From the NCBI GenBank assembly GCA_036689225.1, contig CP144768.1, positions 217,311-249,310 of the forward strand: DNA of 32,000 nucleotides. The letters run 5' to 3'. This stretch comes from Candidatus Saccharimonadota bacterium. GTDB lineage: Bacteria; Pseudomonadota; Gammaproteobacteria; Enterobacterales; Enterobacteriaceae. Below, in pieces: positions 13,931 through 25,246 of this stretch (position 1 is the first letter of the stretch; each line of letters begins with the position of its first letter). A program made the position numbers and the translations under genes. Under the pieces are notes generated by a model. It ran no database searches and was not told where the DNA came from. It saw nothing but the letters and a program-made list of their open reading frames with translations.

Positions 13931-14920
13931 TTAATTACCAAAATTAAATTTTATTAATAAAAAATTTACTAAATCATATAATAAAATATTTTTATTTATA
14001 TTATTAATATATTTAATATTATTTAAACAAATAATAATTTTATTTAAAATTAAATAAATATTATATATATTTATATTTTTTATTTTATATTTAAATATAA
14101 AATATAAATCTAAATTATATAAATATTTTTTAATTTTATATTTATATTTTATATAATCCATAAAAAAAGTAATTAATATATATAAATTAATTTCTAAATT
14201 ATTATTATTTAACATATTTACTATATTATGTATACTTAAATTATTTAAATTTAATATTAACTTAATTATATTTTTTTTAATAATATTTTTTTTTTTAATT
14301 CATATTAATGTATCTGTAATAGAATTATTACTTAATCTTATTGAAGATAAGAGTATATTTTTATTATATTTTTTTTTATAATTATTTAAAAAATTAAAAA
14401 TATTTTTTTCTTTAGGAAAATTAACTTTAAAAATAAATGATCTACTTAATATAGTATTTGGAATAATAATATTATCTAAACAACTAAATATAAAAATAAA
14501 TTTATTATCATTATTTTCTAATATTTTTAATAAAAAATTATTTACATAATTATTTTTAAATTTAAAATTAGAAAAATAAATTATTTTAATTTTATTTATA
14601 TTTAAATTACTTAATAAATTTTTATATATTTTTTTTATAGAATCTATATTAACATCATTATTTATATAATAATAATTATAATAATTATTTTTTTTTAATA
14701 AAATACAATTTAAACACTTATTACATTTTATATATTTTTTTTTATTAATACAAAAAAATCATTTTACTAAACTAAATATTAAAAAATCAATATTTAAATT
14801 ACAAGAATATTTTATTATAAAATTAGAAATTCTAAATCTTTTTTTATTAAATATATCTATAAGTTTAATATAATAATTTTTAAATCAAGAATAAATAAAA
14901 TTATTTATTTTCTTTTTCAT
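13931..14920 (-). CDS. holB: DNA polymerase III delta-prime subunit (very diverged)
   Basis: I checked codon by codon that 13931..14920 is one open frame under table 4 (329 aa, three in-frame TGA codons). MKKKINNFIYSWF.. (E. coli ..YPWL), Cys cluster CINKKKYIKCNKCLNC (E. coli C..CGHCRGC), NNFLLKILEN (ANALLKTLEEP), PNTILSRSFIF (LRSRCRL). Sits in the holB-ycfH position. Confidence 0.7.
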
Positions 14921-15009
14921 TTTTAAAATATATTTTATAAATAACAATTAAAATAATTAAATATATATTATAATATATATATTAAAAAAATTAAAATAAG
15001 GTATATAAA

Positions 15010-15606
15010 ATGTTAGTTACATTAAAAGCTCCAAATTTTAAAGTAAAAGGTTTAGATATAAATAATAAAATTATAAATTTTAATTTATATAAAAATATAA
15101 AAAAAAAAAATATAATATTATTTTTTTGACCTTTAGATTTTACTTATATATGTCCATCTGAAATAATATCATTAAATAATAGATATAATAAATTTAAAGA
15201 AAAAAATACAAAAATAATTGGAATATCTATAGATTCTATATATACACATATAGCATGAAAAAATACTTCAATTAATAAAGGAGGAATAAGTAAAATAAAA
15301 TTTATAATATTATCAGATATCAAAAGAAAAATACAAAAAAAATATAAAATAAATAATAAAAAATTTGCTAATTCATTAAGAACAACTTTTATATTAGATA
15401 CTAATAAAATAATAAGATATGAATCAACAAATGATTTACAAATAGGAAGAAATATAGATGAATTATTAAGAATAATAGATGCAATAAATTTTAATCAAAA
15501 AACTAAAATGATTTGTCCTGCTCAATGAAACAATAAAAAAGAAGGAATAAAAGAAACATATGAAAGTACTTGTAATTTTTTAAAAAAAAATTATAAAAAA
15601 TTATAA
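15010..15606 (+). CDS. ahpC: Typical 2-Cys peroxiredoxin (AhpC/Tsa family)
   Basis: Absent from the track because three in-frame TGA codons split it. Translated by hand: MLVTLKAPNFKVKG..IILFFWPLDFTYICPSEIISL..IIGISIDSIYTHIAWKNT..LRTTFILD..GRNIDELLRIIDAINF..MICPAQWNNKKEG. Peroxidatic Cys in FTYICPSE and resolving Cys in CPAQW. 198 aa, TAA at 15604-15606. Confidence 0.9.
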
Positions 15607-15672
15607 TAATAATATCTATTTATATTATTTTAATAATATTTTAAAAAAATATAAAAAAAATATTTAAAATAA

Positions 15673-15840
15673 TTATTTTAATTTATTTTCATGATAAATT
15701 ACATGTTTTTTAAATATTGGATCATATTTTTTTAAAATTATTTTTTTCTTAGTATTATTAATATTTTTTGTTGAAGTATAAAAATGTCCACTTCCAGAAG
15801 AAGATAATAATTTTATTTTAATTCTTTTATTTTTAGCCAT
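15673..15840 (-). CDS. rpmG: 50S ribosomal protein L33
   Basis: Hand translation [55 protein letters not shown] (55 aa). Below the track length cut-off. Follows rpmB as in E. coli. Confidence 0.9.
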   Translation of the reverse strand: MAKNKRIKIKLLSSSGSGHFYTSTKNINNTKKKIILKKYDPIFKKHVIYHENKLK

Positions 15841-16078
15841 TTTTTTTAATACCTTTATAATTTTTATTATTATTTAAAATACTTTCAATACCAACTTTAT
15901 TTATAATTTTAATAGCTTTAGAACTTACTTTTAATTTAATAAATTTATTTTTACTAGATATTCAAAAACGATGATTATGTAAATTAGGTAAAAATTTTCT
16001 TTTATTTTTATTCATAGAATAAGATCTCTTATTTCCAAATAAAGGCTTTTTTTTTGTAATAAAACAAAATCTAGACAT
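15833..16078 (-). CDS. rpmB: 50S ribosomal protein L28
   Basis: Hand translation [68 protein letters not shown].. (81 aa, one TGA=Trp). The stop overlaps the rpmG start within ATGGCTAA. AGGA at 16087-16090. Confidence 0.9.
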
Positions 16079-16101
16079 AAAATTAATCCTAAATATAAAA
16101 A

Positions 16102-19100
16102 TTATTTATTTATTAATTCAATACAATTAGCTATAAAAATATTTTTATAATTATTATTTTTATATTTTAAATAACCATTAATAATAATAATATTATGTAA
16201 ATCTAAAAAAAAATAATATTTATTATATATCTCTTTAAAAATAAATACATCTATATTAGATGTATTATCATCTAAATTTAATATACAAATACGATCATTA
16301 TTATTTTTTACTGATATAAATTTTATATTAATAATTAAACCATATATATTAATTAAATTATTTATTTTAATATTAAATAAATCTTTTATAAAAAAAAAAT
16401 TTAATTTATTTTTAATAATATTAATATAACTATTTATAGGATGATCAGTTAAATAAAAACCCAATGATTCTTTTTCTTTATGTAAAATATTTTCTTTATT
16501 TAAAGAAGGAATAGAATTTTTAATTTTTTTAAAAATAAATTTATCTATAATATCTTTATTTTTAAATAAAGATAATTGTATAAAATTTAAATTATTAATA
16601 TTATTTTTTTTAATAAATAATAATATTTCTTTAATATTATCAAATAATATTGATCTATTAATATTAAAAATATCTAAAGATCCAGAAAAAATTAATTTTT
16701 CTAAAACTAATTTAGTAATTTTTTTATTATATATTAACTTACAAAAATTAATATAATCTTTAAATAAACCATATTTATTTCGAATATTAACAATATGTTC
16801 TATAGAATTTTTACCTATTCCTTTTATAGCACCTAATCCATATACTATTTCTTTTTTATTATTAACATAAAAATAATAAGAACTTAAATTTATATTAGGA
16901 AAAATTATTTTAATACCTAATTGTTTAGATTCATTAATAATTAAAATTATTTTTTTAATATTATCTATATCAGAATTCATAATTGAAACTAAAAATTCAG
17001 AAGTAAAATTAGATTTTAATCATAAAGTTTGATATGCTAATAAAGCATAAGATACTGAATGAGATTTATTAAAACCATAACTAGCAAAATTTTCCATTAA
17101 TGAAAATATTTTTAAAGAAAAATTTCCATCTATTCCTAAAGAAATAGATCCATTACGAAACATTTCTTTATGAATTTTCATTTTATTATAATCTTTTTTA
17201 GCCATAGCAATTCTTAAATCATCAGCTTTTCCTAAACTATAATTTGCTAAAACTTGTGCTATTTTCATTACTTGTTCTTGATATAAAATTATACCATAAG
17301 TATATTTTAATATAGGAATTAATAATTTATGTTGTCATTTTTTATCAGGATAATATATAAATTCATTTCCATTTTTACGATTAATAAAATTATCAACCAT
17401 TCCAGATTGTAATGGACCAGGCCTAAATAATGCTAATAAAGATACTATATCATTAAAATTATTTGGTTTTAATTTTTTTATTAATTTTCTCATTCCATTA
17501 GATTCTAACTGAAAAACTCCTATAGTTTTAGCTTTTCTTAATAAAGAAAAACTTAATTTATTATTTAATGATATTTTATTAATATCAAAATTACTATTAA
17601 AATATTTTTTTTTATTTATTATATTAATTGTATTATTAATTACTGTTAAAGTTCTTAATCCTAATAAATCAAATTTTACTAAACCAATATATTTTATATC
17701 ATCTTTATCAAATTGAGTAAATAATTTTTTAGTATCTTGATCGAAATATGTAGCACAATAATTAACTATAGATTTAGTAGATATAACTATACCTCCAGCA
17801 TGTTTACTTATACCTTTAATAATACCTTCTAATTTAGAAGAAATATCAATTAAATATTTAACATCTTTATTAAAATTATATAAAAAACTTAATTTTTTTT
17901 CTAATAAAAAAGCTTTTTTAAAAGTAATATTAATATCTAAAGGTATTAATTTAGCTAAATAATCAACAAATCTATATGAATATCCTAATACTCTACCAAC
18001 ATCTCTTAATACAGATTTAACAGTCATAGTATTAAAAGTTACAATTTGAGCTACAGAATTACTTCCATATATATTTTCTAAATGTAAAAAAACTTCATCA
18101 CGTCTTTTCATACAAAAATCAATATCAAAATCAGGCATAGATATTCTTTCAAGATTTAAAAATCTTTCAAAAATTAAATCAAATTTTATAGGATCAATAT
18201 CAGTTATAAATAATAAATAAGCAACCAAAGATCCAGAACCTGAACCTCTACCTGGACCCACATAAATATTATTTTTTTTAGATCATCTAATAAATTCCAT
18301 AACAATTAAAAAATAATTAGAAATATTTAATTTAAAAATTATTTTTAATTCTTTATTTATACGTAATAAATATTTATTTTTTAAATTAATATTATTATTA
18401 AAATTTAATCTTTTTTTAAAACCTAATAAAACTACTTTTCTTAAATAAACATTAGAATAATAATTATTTTTATTACGAAAATTAGGTAATATTATTTTTT
18501 TTTTTTTCTTAATTAAAAAATTACAAATATAAGAAATTTTTATAGTATTATATAAAGCATTAGGAAAATCATAAAATAAATCACATATTTCATTAATAGA
18601 TTTAAAATAATATTGATTTGTATAATCTATTAAATTAGAAACTTTATCTAAAGTACATCCATAATATATAGAAGAACGAATTTTATGTATATAAAAATCA
18701 TTTTTATTAAAAAATAATATTTTATTGGTAACAACTATAGAAACATTATTTTTTTTAGAACATAATAATGTATCTTTTAAATAAATATCTTGTTTTTTAT
18801 GTCCTAAACGAAATATTTGTAAATATAAATTTTCCCCAAAATATTTTTTAAATAAAGAAATATGTTTATTAACTTTAATAATATTATAAAAAAAAAATTT
18901 ATTATTATTATAAGAATAATAATTTATAGAATATAATAAAATTAATCCACAAGAAAATTTACATAATAATTCACTATTAATATATAAAAAATTTAATTTA
19001 TAATAATTTTTATAAGCAATAGAAATTAATTTTATTAAATTTAAATATCCTAATTTATTAATAATCAATAAAGTAGAAAAATTAATACTATTTATATCTT

Positions 19101-19323
19101 TATAATATATAGCAATATCAGCTCCAAATATTGGTTTTATACCATAAAATAAAGATTTTTTATAAAATTTTATAATACCAGATAAACTAAAATAATCTGT
19201 TAAAGCAATAGAAGGAATATTTAATTCATAAGATTTTTTTAATATATCATCTATTTTACATATACTATCTTTTATAGAATAATCACTATGTACATTAAGA
19301 TGTATAAATTTAGGATCCATCAT
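16102..19323 (-). CDS. dnaE: DNA polymerase III alpha subunit (1073 aa with TGA=Trp)
   Basis: Track ORFs 16102..16980, 17020..17268, 17335..18261 and 18283..19323 are in one frame. PHP N-terminus [15 protein letters not shown]; [49 protein letters not shown]; [14 protein letters not shown]; [16 protein letters not shown]; [18 protein letters not shown]; HhH region [11 protein letters not shown]; OB-fold end ..[18 protein letters not shown]. Confidence 0.96.
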
Positions 19324-19334
19324 AATAATATATA

Positions 19335-19832
19335 CTAGTTAATTTTTTTAATTATATAATTAGTAATATCTAAAATATTATAACTATGATAAATAATAAA
19401 ATTAGAATCAATAATTAAATCATAATTATATTTTTTAATAAAAATATTTATTATATTTTTAATTTTAAATAATATTTTATTATATATATTAATATTTTTT
19501 TTATTTAATCATAACTGCAATTTTTTAAATTTATTAAATATAATTTTTTTTTTAAAATTAATTTTATTATTTAAAAAAAATAATTTTTTTTTATTTAATA
19601 AATTTTTTTTTTTATTAATTTTTTTTTCTTGATTTAATAAATTATTTATTTTAATATTTAATTTAAAATATTTTTTATTAATTTTAATATTTAAATACTT
19701 AACAAATCTTTTATATTTAATAGAATTTTTTATTATATTATTAAAATTTATAATAACAATTTTAGGATAAGAAAAAACATAATTACTAAAAAATAAAAAA
19801 CTAAAAAAAAATAATTTAAAATATTTCTTCAT
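19335..19832 (-). CDS. skp: Periplasmic chaperone Skp (OmpH)
   Basis: Track ORF 19509..19832 continues through the TGA at 19509-19511 to TAG 19335-19337 (165 aa). Signal-peptide-like MKKYFKLFFFSFLFFSNYVFS. C-terminus YDLIIDSNFIIYHSYNILDITNYIIKKI parallels E. coli Skp [28 protein letters not shown]. Immediately downstream of bamA. Confidence 0.8.
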
Positions 19833-19841
19833 ATATATTAA

Positions 19842-22247
19842 TTATATATTATTACCAATACTAAATTGAAAATAATTTATTTCATTATTATTATTATATT
19901 TTATAGGTATACCAAATGATAAATTCAACATTCCTATAGGAGTTATAACATTAAATGAAGTTCCAATAGATAATCTTATCATATTTTTATAATTATAAAA
20001 TATATTATTATTAAAATTTTTAAAAATATTTTTTCAATTAGTATTTAATATTAAACCTGTATCTAAAAAAAAAGAAATACGAATATATTTAGAATAATAA
20101 TTATTTAAAAAATAATAATTAGGTATTATAATATTTAAATTATTTGATAAAATCAAATTCCCACCATAAAAATTATTTGAAAAACATATTTTTTTATTTT
20201 TTTTACATTTATAATTTTTAGAATTTATAAATATTTTATTAAAACCAATATTTTCATAATTAAAACCACGTAAAAAATTATTATTATTACCAGAATAAAA
20301 ATATTCATAAAAAGGTATTTTTTTTTTATTTAAATTACTAACATATCCAATATTACTATACAAATAAAATATTAAATTTTTATATTTATTTAAAGGAATA
20401 TAATTAGAAAAAGAAAAATATATTTTATAATAATTATTATTTAAACTAAATAAAGTATATTTATTATATATATCTATATAATAACCTGAATTAGGAAATA
20501 TATTATTATCTAATTTATTTAATGATAAATTATTTATTAAAAAAAAATCATTTATATGTAAATTATTATTTAAAGAATTTAAATTATATTTTTTATTTAT
20601 AGAATTAAAATATTCTAAAGAAGATAATTGTGATTTTATATTATATAAATAATTATAAGTATAATTTAAAGATAATTTATATTTTAAATAATTACTAATT
20701 AAAAAAATAATACTATTTTCTATACCATAACTAAAATTTAAATATCCATAATCATTTAAATTATCATATAAAATATTATCAAATAAAAATTTATGTTTTA
20801 AATATATATTATTATTAATTGGATAATAAAAAAAAATATTCCCAAATTTACCAAATTTATTTCTTAAATTTTTAATTAAAAAATTACTATCATTTATAAA
20901 AATATTTTTTTTAGAAAATACAAAATCATAATTTATATAACTTTTTCTACCATAACCCATATTAAAATTAAATATATTATTGTCATTTTCTATAACTTTA
21001 TAAATTATATTTATTTTATTAGAACTATTTATATTAATAAATTTCTCTTTATATTTTATTAAAGAAAAAAGATTAGTATTTTTTAAATTTAAAATACCTT
21101 TTTTAATTAAAAAAATATTATATAACTCATTTTTAAAAATAGGTATTTTTTTAATTAAAAAATTAAAATTATTTTTTTTATTACCTTTAAATAAAATTTT
21201 ATTAATATAATATTTTATATTAAAATTAATATTTATAAAAAAAATAATATTATTATTTTTTATTTTTTTATATTTAATTTTTATATTTAAATTAGCATAA
21301 CCTTTATTTTTAAAAAAAAAATTAATATAATAAATAATTTTTTTAATTTTATTATATTCATAAAAATTATTTTTTATTAAAAATTTTTTTTTAATTAAAT
21401 ATAATATTTTATTAAATTTTAAAATATCACTTTTAAAAATAATATTAAATATTTTATATTTTTTACCTTCATTTAAATATATAAAAATATTTAATATATT
21501 TTTTTTATAAAATTTAATTTTAATTTTTTTTATAAAAAAATCTAAATAACCTTTATTAAAATAATAATATTTTATATTTTCTAAATCTTTAATAAAATTA
21601 TTATAATAAAAATTATTATTAAATAATAAATCTAATATTATATTAGATTGTTTTATTTTCATTAAAGAAAATATTATATTTTTATTTATATTAATATTAC
21701 CTAAAATATTTATTTTATTTACTTTTAAAAAATCTTCTTCTTTTATAATTAATTTTAATAAACATTTATTTTTATTTAAATTAATTTTAAAAAAATCTAT
21801 TTTAATATTATATTTACCTATTTTTTTATATTTATTAATTAAATAAATTTTAAATTTTAAAATATTATAATTATTTAAAAATTTACCATAATTAATATTA
21901 AATTTATTTAAAAAATATAATATTTTATAATCATTAAATAATTTATTACCAAAAATAAATATATTATTAATAATATATTTATATTTTAATAAAAATAATA
22001 TATTTTTATTTTTTAAAAAAAAAAATTTTATATTATTAAAATGACCTAATTTATATAAAAATTTTTTTATATTATATATATTATTTTTATATATATATTT
22101 ATTAAATTTTTTTTTTAATTTATTCTTATAATAATAAGAATTAATATTATTATTTTTAATATTTAAAATAATATTTTTTAATTTATAAAATTTATTAGAA
22201 TAAGAATTAGAATAAATTAATAACAATAAAAATAAAAAAATATACAT
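19842..22247 (-). CDS. bamA: Outer-membrane protein assembly factor BamA (Omp85 family), extremely diverged
   Basis: Track ORF 20034..22277 continues through the TGA at 20034-20036 to TAA 19842-19844. The C-terminus ..GIPIKYNNNNEINYFQFSIGNNI resembles the E. coli BamA end ..QFQFNIGKTW. About 800 aa, matching BamA size. Lies between uppS and skp. I prefer the ATG at 22247 (MYIFLFLLLLIYSNSYS, signal-like) because the track TTG at 22277 overlaps the uppS 3' end. Confidence 0.82.
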
Positions 22248-22257
22248 AAAATTATAT

Positions 22258-22980
22258 TTATAAAAAAATTTTTCCAAATTTTCTATTTCTTAAAAAGAAA
22301 CTATTAATTATATTTTTAAAATCAATACATTTAAAATCAGGTCATAAAGTATTTACAAAAAAAATTTCAGAATATGCAATTTGTCATAATAAAAAATTAC
22401 TTATTCTTTTTTCTCCACCTGTACGTATTAGTAAATCTACTGAAGGTAAATTACCTAAACATAAATTTTTATTTACAAAATTTTCATTTATATCTTTTAT
22501 ATTAATAATACTTTTATTATTTTTTTTTAATATTTTTTTTATACAATTTATAATATCTCATTTACCACTATAATTTATAGCAATATTTAATTTTAAACCA
22601 GTATTATTTTTAGTTAAATATTTTATATCTTTTATATTTTTATTTAAATTATAATAAAATTTATTTTTATTTCCTATAATATTTACACAAATATTTTTAT
22701 TATGTAAAATATACATTTGATTTTTTATAGTTAAAGAAAATAATCTCATTAATTCAGATACTTCTAAAGAAGGTCTATATCAATTTTCAGTACTAAAAGC
22801 ATATAAAGTTAATATTTTTAAATTAATATTAACTGAAAAATTAATAATATCATTTAAAGATTTTAAACCTTTCTTATGTCCTAAAATACGAGATAATCCT
22901 CTTTTAGTAGCTCATCTACCATTACCATCCATAATAATAGCAATATGATTTATTTTATTTAAATTATTTTTATTTAACAT
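22258..22980 (-). CDS. uppS: Undecaprenyl (di-trans,poly-cis-decaprenylcistransferase) pyrophosphate synthase
   Basis: Track ORF 22558..22749 plus flanks form one frame under table 4 (240 aa). [81 protein letters not shown]..LWPDF, and C-terminus RNRKFGK (E. coli RERRFGG). Confidence 0.93.
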
Positions 22981-22984
22981 TAAA

Positions 22985-23551
22985 TTATAAATTTAATATA
23001 TTTTTTTTTTTATTATTAAATAAAATATCTAATTTATTTATATATAAATTAGTATTTTTTTGTAATAAAAAACAAAATTTATTTTTTTCATCTTTACTAT
23101 AAGTAATATTTTTTATTAATAATTTAATTTTATTATTAAAATATTTTCTAATATTTCTTATAGAAATTTTTGATAATTCAAATTCTTTTTTTAATAATTT
23201 AATAAAAAAAAATCTTTTTTCTTCAGTTAAAGGAGGAATAAATATTAATATATCATTTTTATTTTCATTAAGATTTAAATTTAAATTTAAAGATAAAATA
23301 CTTTTTTTTACAATATTTTTAATATTTTTATCAAATAAACAAATTCTAAAACAACACCTTTTTTCTATAGATATTTTAGATAATTTATTCAAAAAAATTT
23401 TTTTTCCATAATAATTAATTAATAAATTTGAAATAACATTAACATCTAAAAAATTAATATTAAATTTATTTATATTTTTTTTAAAATTTATTAAACATAT
23501 TTCCATTTTTTTTTTTATATCTAATTCATTTATATACTCTAATATATTCAT
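22985..23551 (-). CDS. frr: Ribosome recycling factor
   Basis: 188 aa. ..LINYYGKKIFLNKLSKISIE.., IPPLTEEKR (E. coli LPPLTEERR), ISIRNIRKYFNNKIK (VAVRNVRRDANDKVK). Confidence 0.9.
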   Translation of the reverse strand: MNILEYINELDIKKKMEICLINFKKNINKFNINFLDVNVISNLLINYYGKKIFLNKLSKISIEKRCCFRICLFDKNIKNIVKKSILSLNLNLNLNENKNDILIFIPPLTEEKRFFFIKLLKKEFELSKISIRNIRKYFNNKIKLLIKNITYSKDEKNKFCFLLQKNTNLYINKLDILFNNKKKNILNL

Positions 23552-23583
23552 ATTAAATATTATATCAAATAAAATTAAATATA

Positions 23584-25077
23584 TTAATCATCTAAAAAAC
23601 TACGTAACAAATCAGATCTACTAGGATGACGTAACTTACGTAAAGCCTTAGCTTCTATTTGTCTAATTCTTTCTCTAGTAACATCAAATTGTTTACCAAC
23701 TTCTTCTAAAGTATGATCACTATTCATATCTATACCAAAACGCATTTTTAAAACTTTAGCTTCTCTAGGAGTAAGACTAGATAATACATTATTAGTTACA
23801 GATTTTAAACTATCAGAAGTTGCAGAATCTAAAGGTAATTCTAAAGAAGAATCTTCTATAAAATCTCTAAGATGTAAATCTTCATCTTCACCAATAGGTG
23901 TTTCCATAGAAATAGGTTCTTTAGCTATTTTTAATATTTTTCTTATTTTATCTTCAGAAATTAACATATATACAGATAATTCTTCAGGAGTAGGTTCTCT
24001 ACCTATTTCTTGTAAAACTCTTCTAGAAATTCTATTTAATTTATTTATAGTCTCAATCATATGAACAGGAATTCTAATAGTACGAGCTTGATCAGCTATA
24101 GATCTAGTAATAGCTTGACGTATTCATCAAGTTGCATAAGTAGAAAATTTATAACCTCTTTTATATTCAAATTTATCTACTGCTTTCATTAAACCAATAT
24201 TACCTTCTTGAATTAAATCTAAAAATTGTAAACCTCTATTAGTATATTTTTTAGCAATAGAAATTACTAATCTTAAATTTGATTCAACCATTTCTTTTTT
24301 AGCTAATTTAGTTTTAATTTGATTATATATTATATATTTATTAATTTTTTTAATTTTAAATATACTTAAATGAAAATATTTTTCTATTATATATAAATTT
24401 TTCAATTTTTTTTTTAATTTATTAATTATTTTATTAAATTTATTTGATCATATTTTATTATTATTATTTATTTTATTTAATCATATTAAATTAGTACCAT
24501 AATTATTATAATAATAATAAAATATTTTTTTTGGGATTAAACAATAATTTACACATAAATCAAAAATTTTATTCTCTATATTTTTAATTAAATTAATTAT
24601 ATTTTTAATTTTTTTTAATAAATAATTAAATTGTTTAGGAACTAATTTAAATTGCATAAATAATTTTATTAATTTATTCAATTCAAATATTGTATAAGGA
24701 TGATTAATAGTATATTTTTTAATATATTTATCTAATAATTTATATTGAATATACAAACAATTAAATTTTTTTCTAATAATATCATTATTTAAAAAATTTA
24801 TACGAAAATTACTATTTTTATTTTTTTTTTTATTTAATTTATAAATATTATTTATAATTAATTTATTATTTATACTATAATCAATAAAACCAATTATTAA
24901 ATCAGATAAACGTAATTTTCCTTTTTTTACTAATAAATATTGATTTAAAAAAAAATATATAGATTTAAATAATTTAGCAATATAAAATTGAGTATTATAT
25001 ATACCTTTTTCAATACGTTTTGCTATATTAATTTCATCATTTCTAGTTAATAAATTTATTGTACATATTTCATTCAT
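23584..25077 (-). CDS. rpoD: RNA polymerase sigma-70 factor, lacking region 1.1 (497 aa)
   Basis: Track ORFs 23584..24060, 24127..24405 and 24481..25077 are in one frame. Starts at region 1.2 ([25 protein letters not shown] versus E. coli MREMGTVELLTREGEIDIAKRIEDG). [81 protein letters not shown], with WW encoded by tandem TGA TGA at 24124-24129. C-terminus ..[37 protein letters not shown]. Confidence 0.96.
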
Positions 25078-25246
25078 ATAAATTCCTACAAAATATTACT
25101 ATTTATATTTATTTTCGATATTATATTACTAAAAAAAAATATATTTTTATTTTTCTTTTAAAAAATAAATTATTTAATATCCAATTTTTTCTATTTAATA
25201 TTTTTATATAACAATTTTTATAATATATTTAAAATATTTTATAATA

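Noticed and set aside
13930-13941. The track's upstream ATG for tatD at 13941 (MVINMFLFD..)
   Set aside because: The second ATG at 13929 gives MFLFDSHCH, matching the E. coli YcfH N-terminus, and avoids overlapping the holB stop codon. Either start is possible.
22248-22277. The track's TTG start for bamA at 22277
   Set aside because: It would overlap the last 20 nt of uppS (stop at 22258-22260). The ATG at 22247 gives a signal-peptide-like N-terminus directly, so I annotated the shorter form; this remains unverified.
23265-23300. Tandem hexamer repeat (atttaa)x3 and other short A/T repeats as possible CRISPR or microsatellite features
   Set aside because: It lies inside frr and encodes LNLNLNLN in a region aligning to E. 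coli ..DLGLNPNS... There are no spacer-repeat periodicity, no cas genes and no flanking structure. It is compositional low complexity.
25078-25246. The dnaG-rpoD spacer as a relic of sigma-70 region 1.1, or as an internal rpoD promoter
   Set aside because: I translated all three minus-strand frames and found only short stop-ridden stretches with no convincing match to region 1.1. Calling -10/-35 promoter hexamers in nearly pure A/T sequence would be meaningless without data.
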